Shown here piece after piece: positions 40,136-53,432 of a stretch of 64,000 nt of DNA. Numbering within the stretch: the first letter of the stretch is position 1; the number at the start of each line of letters is the position of its first letter. Position numbers and translations under genes: made by a program. The notes under the pieces were generated by a model. That model worked only from the letters and a program-made list of their open reading frames with translations. It made no database searches and was not told the DNA's origin. Source of the stretch: Octopus vulgaris (Eukaryota); the NCBI GenBank assembly GCA_951406725.2, contig OX597821.1:82088001-82152000 (forward strand), in the 5' to 3' direction.

Positions 40136-41830
40136 AACTATTCCCCTCAAGATTCAGTACATGTTGCAGTATGGTATCCTTTGTGCCTCAGTAACCCAGT
40201 GGAGTGCAAGCTCCTGGTGGAATCTCACATGTTGGGTAGGTTAAAGAGACAGAGGCCAGACTAATATGACCCATCCTTTCTCAGAGGAGAAAATGGGTTT
40301 GTATAGAGCCCAGACAACTATCTAAGACTAAAGCAAAGCCATAAAAGCATCAACAATTCAAAACCAACAAACCCTGGGAGAGGTTGGGGGAGGCTTCCCT
40401 CAGGAAAACATATGGCCCACAAAGGGGAAGAAGAGATGTCCTAAAAATAGTTGAAGGCAGGATACTGGAGCAGAGCTGAGAAAATAGGGATAGTTTTAAT
40501 AAGTTTAAAACTATCTTAATTTTATCTAGCATGACAATTTGTCCACTACCTTTTCAATTTACATAACTCCTCATTTATAGAAACACTGCACTAACCTATA
40601 CAAATATCTTCAAAAAGGTACACACTGGCTGCAATAGGATACGAAAATTAAGCTTAAAATAAAAATTTCCAACTCATAAATCTTAATTACATCGGTATTT
40701 TTGAATAAGGAAAAATATATAATTAATTAGTGAATAAAATGATGTATTGTACTTTTAGGAAAGTCAACATTATTCAACCTTGCACAAGAAATGAAGCTGA
40801 AAATTAGGTGTCAACTATTTTGAAAATTTCACAGCTGAGCAGTAAAAAAAAAAACACAACCAGCTGTAAAAACACTTTCTCAAAGAATTAATGTGCAAAT
40901 ATCTAAATTTAAAGAATTATCTAACCCATGCATAAAATATAACATATGTTATTTATATGTTTATTATCATATGTATATGTTAATAGTGGGAAGCGGGGAT
41001 AGACAGAACAAGAAAATATTTTTTCAAAAAAAATAAGAGGCAAAGTAATATAAACATGATATAAATATGATATAAATACAAATAAAAATGAAGGGAGTTT
41101 GTATTTTTTTTTCTTTTCTTCTCTTATGTATAAAGATTGGTTGTCTTATAGGTCATGATATTTGTGAGTCTGTTTCCTTATCTCTCTATCCTTTCTTTAG
41201 CAGAGTCACACTTGACTCATTTCTAAATCAGCAGGAATAAAAGCATCACTTTGATGCTGAGTCTTACTCTGGTTATCATCACTGATTTGTTCCATTTCAC
41301 TTAAGCTACACTCAGTGACAGAATTATTAGTAGGCAATAAGACATGTGTGGGGACCAAATCTACATCTACCCCCAATCTGTATGTGTGATTATGTATAAT
41401 TTATGCTTGAGCATGTGTGCACATCATACATAAATATATGCAAATGTGTGTGTGAATTTATATGCATAATATTTAGATACAGTTAAAATATATTTTGTGG
41501 CAATTTATTGGTATGTAAATTATTTGTATATAGTTATAAACCTATGTTCTTTGTTAACCCACTGACAAACAGAAAGGCAAATGCTGGAATCATATTTGTG
41601 AATTTTCAACTTTTAGTAACTAATGTCTGTCTGTCCGTCAATCTATCTACATCTCTCTCTCTCTCTATATATATATACACATACACACATACACACACAT
41701 ACCATCCAACCACTCAACATAAAACATGAAACTAAATTGTTGAGTGTAACTTTCTTTTTATTTGTTCATCCCTGCTTGTGTATGTGTGTGTATGTGTGTG
41801 CATGTGTGTGTGTGTTTGTGCATGTGTGTG

Positions 41831-41884
<54 letters not shown>

Positions 41885-41892
<8 letters not shown>

Positions 41893-42559
41893 ATTTACAA
41901 GATAAGGGCAGAAGAAAAATTCTAATGCCAAATATGCCGAAACAAAAAAAATTTGTCGATAACCATTAAATTTATGCGTCTCGAAACAAACCGATAGAAA
42001 TCTCTAAAAAACTCGTTATTATCGTATTGGTCCAATTTCGTGGTTAATTCATAAGAAATTTTCCCCTCTTCAGCGGCAAATACGTGAGATATAAATGAAA
42101 TACTTACTCATACCCACGGAAGAAGCAAGCACTAAGTCCTGAGCAGACTTAAGTACCCCAAATATATCCAAAATAGAAAAATCTTCGGCGCACCTCGAGA
42201 CACGTGTGATTCGAACTAGAAACTTTCACAGAGTGATAGAATCTGGAAGTGAACACTAATCTATTTATAATTAATATAGGATAAAATTTTTTTCTGGAAA
42301 AAAATTTTATCAATGGCCAGCATATCAAAAAATGCCTTTAAAAGTAAAATTTATACATAATTTACAAGATAAGGGCAGAAGAAAAATTCTAATGCCAAAT
42401 ATGGCTTTTTTTTTTTTTCGGCATATTTGGCATTAGAATTTTTCTTCTGCCCTTATCTTGTAAATTATGTATAAATTTTACCTTTAAAGGCATTTTTTGA
42501 TATGCTGGCCATTGATAAAATTTTTTTCCCGAAAAAAATTTTATCCTATATTAATTATA
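41885..42559 (-). mobile_element. Penelope-like pseudo-LTR remnant: partial tandem plus inverted copy, inserted in (TA)n
   Basis: ~52-bp direct repeat at 41885 and 42352 (period ~467 bp); 138-bp inverted arms 42266-42403 / 42422-42559; CpG-rich interior containing a hammerhead core. Confidence 0.7.
42012..42086 (-). ncRNA. Minimal type I hammerhead ribozyme motif
   Basis: Minus strand: cgtatttgccg-CTGAAGA-gggg(loop)ccac-GAAA-ttgg-a-ccaa-TA|cgataataacg. Core intact, palindromic stem III, one mismatch in stem II, imperfect stem I; predicted cut between 42025 and 42024. Confidence 0.65.
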
Positions 42560-45500
42560 TATATATACACACACACACGCAGGACAGGCTTCTTTCAGTT
42601 TCTGACAATCAAATCCACTCACAAGGCTTTGGTCACCCTGGGACACTTGGCCAATGTACCACACATAGGGACTGAAACTGAAACCATGTAGTTGGGAAGC
42701 AAACTTCTTAACCACACAGTCATGCCAACACCTAGATATATGTGTGTGTGTGTACATGTTTGTGTGGGTGTGTTTGTCTTTATACATACATACATACAGA
42801 CAGACATTATATACATAGTGTTTTTGCTAGGTTTATTGCCTTAAAAATGAAGTTATCTACCAGAAATCTAAAACAAACAATGCATAATATAAGCAGTGTG
42901 TATGTAATTGGAAAATGAGCTCTCCTCTGCTGGAGGTAATAATAATATCTCCTAATTAGTCATATTACCATTATTAAGAATCCCCCTAATGAGAGGTTGA
43001 TGTTTGTGGTTTACCAGTTTCATCTAAGTAGTTAAACCAGTTTTGCATAATTTCATCAACAATTATCTAAGACCACTCTGGTTAGCTCTCTTTGCTTAAG
43101 CAGTTTTGTGACATGAATAAACAAGTGACTCTTATGAATATTCCAAAGTAGGAGTTAGGCTTTCATTATCTGTCTTTGCAATAGTTAAGCTGCTGGCTTG
43201 GTTTGTTTGATGTCATTGTGGTGGTGACATAGAGGCAGCTATGCAAGACTTGGTTATCATAGTTCATGTTTAGCTCTTGGTCAGTCTTGATAAAACAGAC
43301 TGATATATAATCAAAATTGATCCCAATTGGTTAATATCCCATATTTTTCTTCAGGCAAGAACACACAGTTTTTGCCATATTTTGTGATTAAAAAAATGTT
43401 TTTTAATCAAGCACAGGGATGGGTGTGTGGTTAACAAGTTCACTTTGCAACCACGTGATTTGGGGCTCACTCCCATTGTGCAGCATCTTGAACAGGTGTC
43501 TTCGACTATAGACCCAGTTTGACAAATGCCTTGTGAATAAATTTGTTAGATGGAAACTGTGTGGAAACCCACTGTGAGTGTTTGGGTTTGTCTTCCATGA
43601 CCAAACCTTGACAACTGGTGTTGGTATGCTTATGTCCCCATAACTTAGCAGTTTGGCAAAAGAGACCAACAGAATAAGTACCAGACTTTAAAAATAAGAA
43701 CTGGGATCATTTGGTTCAACTAAATCCTTCAAGACAGCCCCTCGCCACCACCACCATCCTCAGCATGACCACAGTAATAGAAGATAAAGGAAGATAAAAG
43801 AAACCAGAAAATTGAAAAATTAAATCAACCATAGCAAGAATTTGACCCAGCTTACATATTTACAATGATTGACTTTATAATGTATTGATTTTTGAATAAC
43901 ACACTAGAGTACACGTTTGAAAGAGAAAACTACAGACAATAACATTAAGGAAGAACTATACACACATACATACAGGTATATACATACATACATACATACA
44001 TATATGAGTGCACATATACACACACATATACACACACATATATATATGCGTATGTAACTGAAATATTTAATAACTGATATGCTATTTTATCAACCTCACC
44101 CCATAAAAATGAGAAGCAAAATCAATGACCCCAGTGGTATTTGAACTGAAAACATACCAGGACATAACTGAATAACTGCAATGAAAAAAATTCTGGTCGT
44201 TACTCAACTGGTTCTGCTAATCTCGTGCTATATCAAAATGTACTTAACATTGTTTTTCTAACTTCGCAGTTCCGACACAAAAGTTGGTAAGATTCCATTT
44301 GATATCATAACCATTAAATATCCACTACATCTACCCTTCCACCCATTTGCTGCCACTACCCTTGACCTTTTTGCTCTACGGTGCTTGTGATCATTACTAT
44401 GTATCATACCTATGTACCAATATTTATACGAAGAATCTTGTCTGTTAGCACTAATACTTTCAGGCATTGTAAAGCATACTATGAACAACATCTTGCATGT
44501 AAATATTTCTTACGGCAGTTGTTTTATCTCTCTCTCTTGCTGTCTTACTCTTTCTTTCTTTCTTTCTTTCTTCCATTCTTAATTTCTTTCTTCTTTTCTT
44601 TCTCTTTGCTGATTTTGTGTTTTGATCTTTTCCGATGTTGTGAGCAACGCTTTGACAGAAAACATGAGCAGAAAAATCCTTTACCTAATGAAAACATTTC
44701 TTGAGAGCCGTAAATATTGTCTTACAGGTAAATGAAAGCTTGACTCTAGCCTGTCTCTTTCAATAACAACCTACCCAATACTGTTCCTGGTTCCATCGTA
44801 CCATCTTACCAACTCTCCCACAACAGCCCATCATTTCACACAATGAGCCCATTCATGAGGATCTCTGTTCTCATATTACCGAATTACCAACCAATCCACT
44901 ACTAAACTATGGCCCTATGTAGCATCTTTTCTAAGGCAGTCCCTGACCCAAAAAGCTAACATATTTGAGACCACCCATGCTCCTATGCTTATTAGCTCAA
45001 CCAAGATCATCCATAATTAAAATGTTTGTAATTAGATTGAATTCTCTATCAAAATCCCATCATTACATGAATGATGAGATATGATTTCTGTGGCTAAAAG
45101 TTCCATCATAGTTTTACAGAAGAATCCATTTGTTAAGTTCCAAACACCAACCAAGGGAGTGATTATATGTTATCTCAATATGCTAGAAATAGCAATCAAA
45201 TCTCCCTCAAATTACAGCATGTTGTCTTAAACAAAGGAGAAAACACAGATGGCTTGCCTTTGAACATAGGTCTACTCAAGCAGAGTAGACCTGGGACTAA
45301 ACACCACCACCAACTAATAAATAAATTTACACATATTTTACTAAATCCTTGGCAAATGTTGATTAATTTGAAATTATTGACTGTCTCGGTAATCAGTGAC
45401 TGATTGATGTTCCACAGACAGCTGGGTTTACAGGGTGCTTGATAACCAATTAAAGGGTTACTAGTTGCTATATCTCCACAGATGCTGGTCTGCCTCTGTG

Positions 45501-45859
45501 GTCAAGAACCTAACTCTCTGTGCTGATGTCCATATAGCTCTACAGGATTATAAAACTCACTGCTGTACTGATAGTACTGCAAAAATCATGTATAATGTTG
45601 TTATTCATTACTTGGAGGTGGTCCTGATTGGACAGACCTATGATCAAAATCACAGCCACTCCATCTTTTTGTCTATCAATTATTACAAGTCCAGTGCATC
45701 CTTCTTTTTTATAAGATGGTTATATTTTATTTCAGGGAGATTTGTCAGCTAGTTCTAGCAGGTCGAGTGAGTATGGCTAGAAGTGGTGTTGGGTGACTCT
45801 CTTGAGCCACTGGATTTCATCTGTATGTTTAAATAAACCACTGAGATAGTAGCTATAAC

Positions 45860-46295
45860 CAGGGCCCGATTAAGACCCATACCCATAGAGGCCCTAAGCA
45901 CTAAAAACATTTTATGTAAATGGTTCAAAATATAAACAAATTAATATAAAATGTAAACAATAATAAACCATATTTTTTTATTTTTCAAAATGAAACAAAA
46001 CCACCAGTAAGATGGAAAATGTTTATTTTTGTATGCTTCCATTTTATTTATATTTGAAAAGTTTTCTCCTTTCCCTTTTTTTAATTGCAAAGTGTTCAAT
46101 GATATTGTTAAAATTAATCTTAGGTAACACATCTGCTTCTATACTTAGTAGAGATAAGGCATTACAAATATTATTTTAACAAGTTTAAAGTGATTTCTTT
46201 TGTGCCGTAAACTATTTTCATTTCTGTGGTGCCCCCTCCTTCCCTTGATACCCTAAGCATGTGCTTATTTTGCTTAATGGGTTAATCCAGCACTG
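45860..46295. mobile_element. hAT-type MITE with 8-bp TSD
   Basis: TIRs cagggcccgattaa / ttaatccagcactg; flanks gctataac and gctataat. Confidence 0.8.
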
Positions 46296-46905
46296 GCTAT
46301 AATCCCCAGTCCTCAGGTGTGAGGATGAAGCAAGTTTCTGTCTTCACTTTGCAATTTACTCCCACTCACTCACTACAGGTATCACCTATTTCCCCAATAC
46401 TTTAGACCTGCAGGAAATAGCAAACAAATCTCACTTCAAAATACACCTTTGTCGTCATCATCATTATTGGTTTACAAGTCTGTGTATGTGTCTTTGTGTC
46501 TGTGTTTATCTTCCACTACTGCTTGATAATGCAACTTAGCAGTTTAGTAAAAGAGACTGATAGAATAAGTACCATACTTTAAAAAAATGAAACAAGTAAT
46601 GGGGTCAAATCGTTTGGCTAAAATTCTTCAAAGCAGTGTCCCAGCATGGCCACAATCTGATGACTGAAATAAGTAAAAGGTAAAGATAAAAGATACATAT
46701 TTATAAGGATGCCGCATAAAAAGCACCCAGTACTTGCTGTAAAGTGGTTGGTGTTAGGAAAGGTATGCAACCACAAAAACCATGCCAGAACAAAATAAAA
46801 GAGACTATGAAACCTGGTGTGACCCCTGACCTTGCCAGTTCCTGTCAAACCGTCCAACCCATGCCAGCATGGAAAGCGGATGTTAAATGATGATGAAGAG
46901 AATGA

Positions 46906-46955
<50 letters not shown>

Positions 46956-47407
46956 TGTGTGTGTGTGTGTGTGTCTTGGTGTCTTTTTGTCTTGTGAATG
47001 AATGCCACCATTACGCAAGTGGTGTGTTTCCTTACTTGTTTTCTGCGAACACATATTCAGCCATGGATATAGGTCAGGGCTGGTGACAGGAAGGGCATCC
47101 AGCCATAGGAAACCTATCTCAACAATTTCTTTGTGACCCTTGCATGCATGGAAAAGTGAATGTTAGATGATGACAACAACAGTGATGAAGGTGCGTTTTG
47201 AAAGGAGATTTGGTTGCTATTTCTAGCAAGGTCAATGACCATTGGCTTGTGTGTGTGAAACCACATTAATAACTATGACATTCAAAAATACCTGAACATC
47301 TTTGGCTGAAAATTACGATATTCAACAATAAGATCAAAAAGTCAATTATGGTGTTTAATAGCTGGGAAGTAATCAAGCAGGCTGTTCTCTATCATTAACT
47401 GCGTGAC

Positions 47408-47444
<37 letters not shown>

Positions 47445-48031
47445 ATGAAGATGATGGTTGCTGTTGAAGTGAGAACTGATGGTGGTAGTGGTGGTGGTGG
47501 TGGTGGTGATGATGGCAAATTTTAATTTTGTAGTGCTTATATCAATCATTAATGTTAGCAGTAGTGGTTGTGGTAGTGGTAGAGATGGTGGTAACGATGG
47601 TAGCAATGGTGGTGGTGGTGGTTGTGATAACAGAGGTGGTAATAGCAGTAGAAATGTTAGTAATGGTTATGGCGGTACCCATGGTAGGGGTGTGGTGGTA
47701 GTAATCCTAATGGTATGAGTATGGTGGTTATAATGTCATTGTAGTAGTAGTAGTAGTAGTAGTAGTAGTAAAGGTATAAGTGTGATGATGATGTTGTGGT
47801 GACGGTGGTAGTTGTAATAGTGTGATAGTTGTGATGGTATAGTGATGGCGGTGATTATGATGGTAGTGGTGGTGGAGGTAGTGGTAGAGGTGGTGGTAGT
47901 GGTGGTGGTGATGATGTGGTTTATCTATCATAAATTGTGTGGTGGTATTGGTGGTAGTAGTGGTGGTGCAGAGTAGAAGCGAGGATTCTGTTGAATGAAT
48001 TGATATAACTAAACAGTTTTCCATAGGAATA

Positions 48032-48063
<32 letters not shown>

Positions 48064-48634
48064 GCAAATAGAACAAAAACAGTTATACACACGTGCACCC
48101 GCATGCACGGACTCATATCTGCATACACACACTCTCTCACGCATTGATACAAGGTGAGACATGCAAACACATACCAATACACCCTTCACACACGAGTACA
48201 TATTCACGTGCACACACATCCATGCAAGCACACACACGCAAGCCCACAAAAGTGTAAGCACACAGATATACACCCACATACAAACACATAACAATATACA
48301 CACTTCATACACATGTACATATGTATACACACACACACATATGTACATGTGCATACACACACACTCACACTCACACATATACAGACATAATCACATCTAT
48401 ACAAACTCATGTGCAAATACACAAATGTATAAACACACACACACACGCACACATACACACACACACACATGCATACACACACACACACACACACACATAC
48501 ACACACATGCACTGTTTGACTTCATTTAGCTTTTCATTGTATCACTCTTATCGTTACTTATTGGATTTTTAACACTTCACTTCACATTTTCTATGCGTAC
48601 ATATAAATGTATGTATATGCTCATACATATATGC

Positions 48635-48722
<88 letters not shown>

Positions 48723-48782
48723 GTACATTATTATACAAACAGGCGTGTTTCTATACACATGTGTGTAGGTGTATGTGTGTGC

Positions 48783-48851
<69 letters not shown>

Positions 48852-48937
48852 TATGAATGTATGTATGTATGATTGCATGTATATGTATGTATGTGTGTAT
48901 ATATATATATACTCACAAATATATATTTATATATATG

Positions 48938-48981
<44 letters not shown>

Positions 48982-49073
48982 TATGTATACATATGTATAT
49001 ATATATAAAGATATATACATATGTGTATATATATGTATACACACACACATATATGTGTGTGTGTATATGTATA

Positions 49074-49105
<32 letters not shown>

Positions 49106-49404
49106 CACTCAGACACACATACATATATGCATATATAACTCTGTATACATACAACTCCTCCCCCACACATATATATACACATACATACACACATATATAT
49201 ACACATATGTACACACACACACATATATAAAATTAAATATATGTTATACATTAATGGCAATGACTAGTCATTATCAATGTTATTACACATTACATACAAC
49301 ATTTTTGCCCATCAAATTAATATTCAGATGTGCATAATGTTTAATATCCTTCACATTAAAAATATTAGCCTACACTTTATTATGATTCCTTCGTATTCTT
49401 TCGA

Positions 49405-49508
49405 TTAGCTCTCATCAAAAAACTTCGAATCAAAGTATGATTCTTTTCTATTTTGGACGTTAGTAGAAATAACCTGTCCTGTGAGCGCTAAGTGGCTGAC
49501 AGAATTAT
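49405..49508 (-). CDS. Candidate terminal coding exon, (D)NSVSHLALTGQVISTNVQNRKESYFDSKFFDES*
   Basis: tttcacag acceptor (phase 1), 33 sense codons to TAA, AATAAA ~25 nt downstream; CpG-containing unique island. Confidence 0.3.
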
Positions 49509-49811
49509 CTGTGAAACATATACAATACTTGAAGTGATTGAAACGGTAAGTTAGAGAGCAGCACAGGCATGGCTGTGAGGTTAAGAAGCTCGCTTTGCAA
49601 CTGCGTGCGTTCAGGTTCAGTCCCACTGTGTGGAACTCTGCACAAGTGTCGTCTACTGTAGCCCCAGGCTTACCAGTGACTTGTGAGTGAATTTGGTAGG
49701 CAGAAACTATGTGGAAGTCTGTCTTCTGTGTATGTACATATGTATGTACGTAGGTATGTAGGTATGTATATACATATGTGTATATATATGTATACACACA
49801 CACACATATGC

Positions 49812-49842
<31 letters not shown>

Positions 49843-49872
49843 CGTATGTATGTATGTACGTATGTATGTACT

Positions 49873-50040
49873 TATAATAATAATAATAATAATAATAATA
49901 ATTGTGTACAGTGCTCAGGTGCACTACAACTCATCTAAAGTGTATATATAATCAGGTGTAGTTTCGGCGGATTTCGGAAAGCATGAGGGCCTTAAAGGAT
50001 GCAGTGTCATGGCAGTCAACAACTGACGCAGGCAGTTTGT
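49873..50040 (-). mobile_element. 5'-truncated CR1/L2-like LINE 3' end
   Basis: Minus strand encodes KLPASVVDCHDTASFKALMLSEI (WNxLPxxVV...SFK motif) followed by a (TTA)n tail; flanked by gtacgtatgtatgtac / gtacgtacgcatgtac inside a family A SINE. Confidence 0.7.
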
Positions 50041-51982
50041 ACGTACGCATGTACGTACACATGCATGTATGCGTGCATGTATGTATGTGTGTGTGTGTAT
50101 TGTGTGTATGCTGTTTTGTTTTTCCCACCACAACCGCTTGATAACCAGTGTTAGTTTGTTTATATCCCCATAACTTAGTCATTCAGCAAAAGAGTGAATA
50201 AAATAAGCACCAGACTTAAAAAGTAAATACTGGGTTTGATTGTTTTTTTTACTAAACCCTTCAAAGTGTTGTCCTAGCATTGTTGCAGATCAATACCTGA
50301 AATTAGTACAAGATAAAGATAAAACTAATTGCAGAAGAAAAGCGCCATTAACACAGTGTCAGGAATATAGGTGCCAAGCAATCAATAGATATACATTTTG
50401 AGCCCTATTAGTGGGTTAGCCAAGTGGTTAGTGTGCAGCTGTATGATTCCAGGTTCAATTTCATGGCTAAGCTTCTGATTAATATAACAATGACAAATTC
50501 TTAACAATTATATCATTATAAGAGATTCGTTTTAAACATAGGCCATTATGGTTAAAATCATCCTCTTCATTATCCGCATCATAATTTAACGCTTGTTTTT
50601 TTTATGCTGGCATGGGTCAGATGGTTTGACAGGAGCTGGGCAACTGGAGAGTCACTCCAGGCTCCAATTGTCTGTTTCGGCTTAGTTTCTGTGGCTTGAT
50701 GCCCTTTTTATAATAAAAAAAACAAGTGCAAACTATGATATATTATGCTCGGATGGAGATTTGGTGGAAGCTCTTTGAAAGGATCTTTCCATTTTTTTGT
50801 GGGTTTTTTTTGTGGTAGACACTTAATCCTTTGTTTGGTTTTTCACCACCACCAGGTACTTGGGTGCCTCTGTTGGAGTACACTCTTTAGCAAACATTTG
50901 GGCAAAATCTCTAATTTGAAGACAACTTTATTCTCTTGTAATGCTTAAATAATTAGTTCAAACATAGGCAGAGAGCCTGAAATTTTGAGGACAGGGGTTT
51001 AATTGGCTTTATCAATACTGAAGGGATGAAAGGCAAAGGGGATTTCAGCAGGATTTGGACCCAAAATGTAAAGAGTCAGAACAAAAACAGCAAGGAATGT
51101 TTTCCAATACTTTACTGATTCTGTCAATCTTCTACAATGGTTAAATAATAGTTTCAAATTTTAGCACAAGGCCAGCAATTTCAGGAGAGTGGGTAAGTCA
51201 ATTACATCAACCCCAATGTTCAACTGCTACTTATTTTATCAACCCCAGAAGGATAGAAGGCAAAGTTGACTATAGCAGAATTTGAACTTAGAACATTAAA
51301 ACAGAGGTAATGCTGCCAAGCATTTCAACTGAAATGCTAATGATTCCACCAGGTTGCAATCTTAACAACGTTTAAATAATGATTGCCTGTGTTGTATCTG
51401 TAACAGAGTATTATTGCATGGGTGAAGTGTGTGTGTGTGTGTGTGTGTGTGCACGTGTGTATATACTGGTTTCTAATTTTCTTGTGGTGTTTAGGTGAGT
51501 ATCGCTTATGTATGTAGCTTCCTTTTCTCTCTCTCTCTCTCTCTGTCTCTCTCTTTCTGTCATGACATTTAACCGGTGATTGCTTCATCTGGGCTAACCT
51601 GCGGTTGGACAACAATGATTAAAACGGCAGTGTGCGAGAGAATCAAATCAAAATAAATAAATATATTTGAAATTAAATAAATATTCAATAAGAGCTATAA
51701 AATTAGAATGTTATTTATTTTTCAATATTTTGTAGTTAAACTGAATTCCAATTAAAATTTAAATATAAATATATATGAATGTCTCTGTGTAAGTATGTAT
51801 GATATGGGTGTGTGCGTACCCGGGTGGTTGAGTGACAGAATCAGAGAAACTGCAGAAACATTATTTTCTTAAATATAGCTCTGTTGCTTTACATTCTGAG
51901 TTCAAATATTGCCAAGCTAACTAAGCTTTCATTCTTATGGGGCTGACGTACACTGATGTACGGCCTTGGATCTATCAGAAAT

Positions 51983-52023
<41 letters not shown>

Positions 52024-52563
52024 AGTGACTGACCAGGCTATCAGATGTTGCTACACATCGCTGGTCACAATGTGCTTCGCATTCAAATGATGCCACCCTG
52101 CTGGCTAAGCGAGCAGGCCAACAGAAGAAAGAGTAAAAGGAAGTTGTGGCGAAAGAGTACAGCATGGATTTCCAACACTCCCTGCCGGAGCCTTGTGGGA
52201 AAGGAGTAATGCAAATGGTTAATGGTGTGGACAGGGGTAAATGCAAGGAATGGTGGAGGCATGGCCAATGGTCTGTTTTAATTTGGTGGGAGAGGTATAG
52301 AAGAATCATTCATTTTGTTTAAAGTCTACTTTTTCATGCTAGCATGGGTGGGATAGGGAAATACGCAGGGCAACATTTTATGGCTAGATGCACTTCCTGT
52401 TACCAATCCTTACCTATTTTGCAAATAAAGGATATTTTTATTCCACTGGTTTTTGAAAACTTGGTGATGTCAATAAGGAATGTAAACATCATATCACCGT
52501 TTCACAAGTTTCACCATGGTGACAAGTGAAGCTTTGTAATGTCAATATCTGCATACCTATGTT

Positions 52564-52595
<32 letters not shown>

Positions 52596-53400
52596 TATAA
52601 ACAACATGCACAAACACTCTCACCTACAATATGCACAGGTGCATATATAAGTTGTTTCTTTTAAACACCCATCTGCAACTGTTCCATGAATAGCTCTGTG
52701 AATGAGTGAATGAGTGTGATTGTAGATGGGAATATTTTCCATTCAGCTGCTGTTTATGTACTGCTGGAATAAAGCCGAAGTTTGCAATATTGCCAGCTTA
52801 TCTATCCTAAATGTAAGCCTATCTATCCTCATTGGTGAATTCCAGGCTGGATGGAATGCTTCTGTATTCAGGTAATTATCCCTGACCATTAACCCCAAGT
52901 GGGAATTTGGATGCAAAAGTGCAAAGAGCTTGAATATATACTACAAAACATTTCGTACAACGCTATAACAAATCTACCCAATTGTGTGTGTATATAATAT
53001 ATACACACGTGTACACACACACAAATACTCAGATATACATACATACATATATATGTGTGTGCATATTTTCTTCATATCTTATTCTGTATTTATTGTGCTC
53101 CATTTAAATCATCATCATTATAATCATCATCGTTTAACGTCTGCTTTCCATGCTAGCATGGGTTGGATGATTTGACTCAGGGCTGGCGAGTCAGATGGCT
53201 GCACCAGGCTCCAATCTTTATCTGGCAGTTTCTACAGCTGGATGCCCTTCCTAACGCCAACCACTCTGAGAGTGTAGTGGGTGCTTTTACGTGCCATTGG
53301 CATGAGGGCTAGTCAGGCAGTACTGGCAATGGCCACGCTCAAATATGTGTCTTTTACGTGCCACCTGCACAGGAGCCAGTCCAGCGTCCTATCTATCTAC

Positions 53401-53432
<32 letters not shown>

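Noticed and set aside
47728-49337. Many 80-216 aa ORFs rich in YI, HT and CV
   Set aside because: Translations of dinucleotide and trinucleotide microsatellites; the same applies to most of the ORF track.
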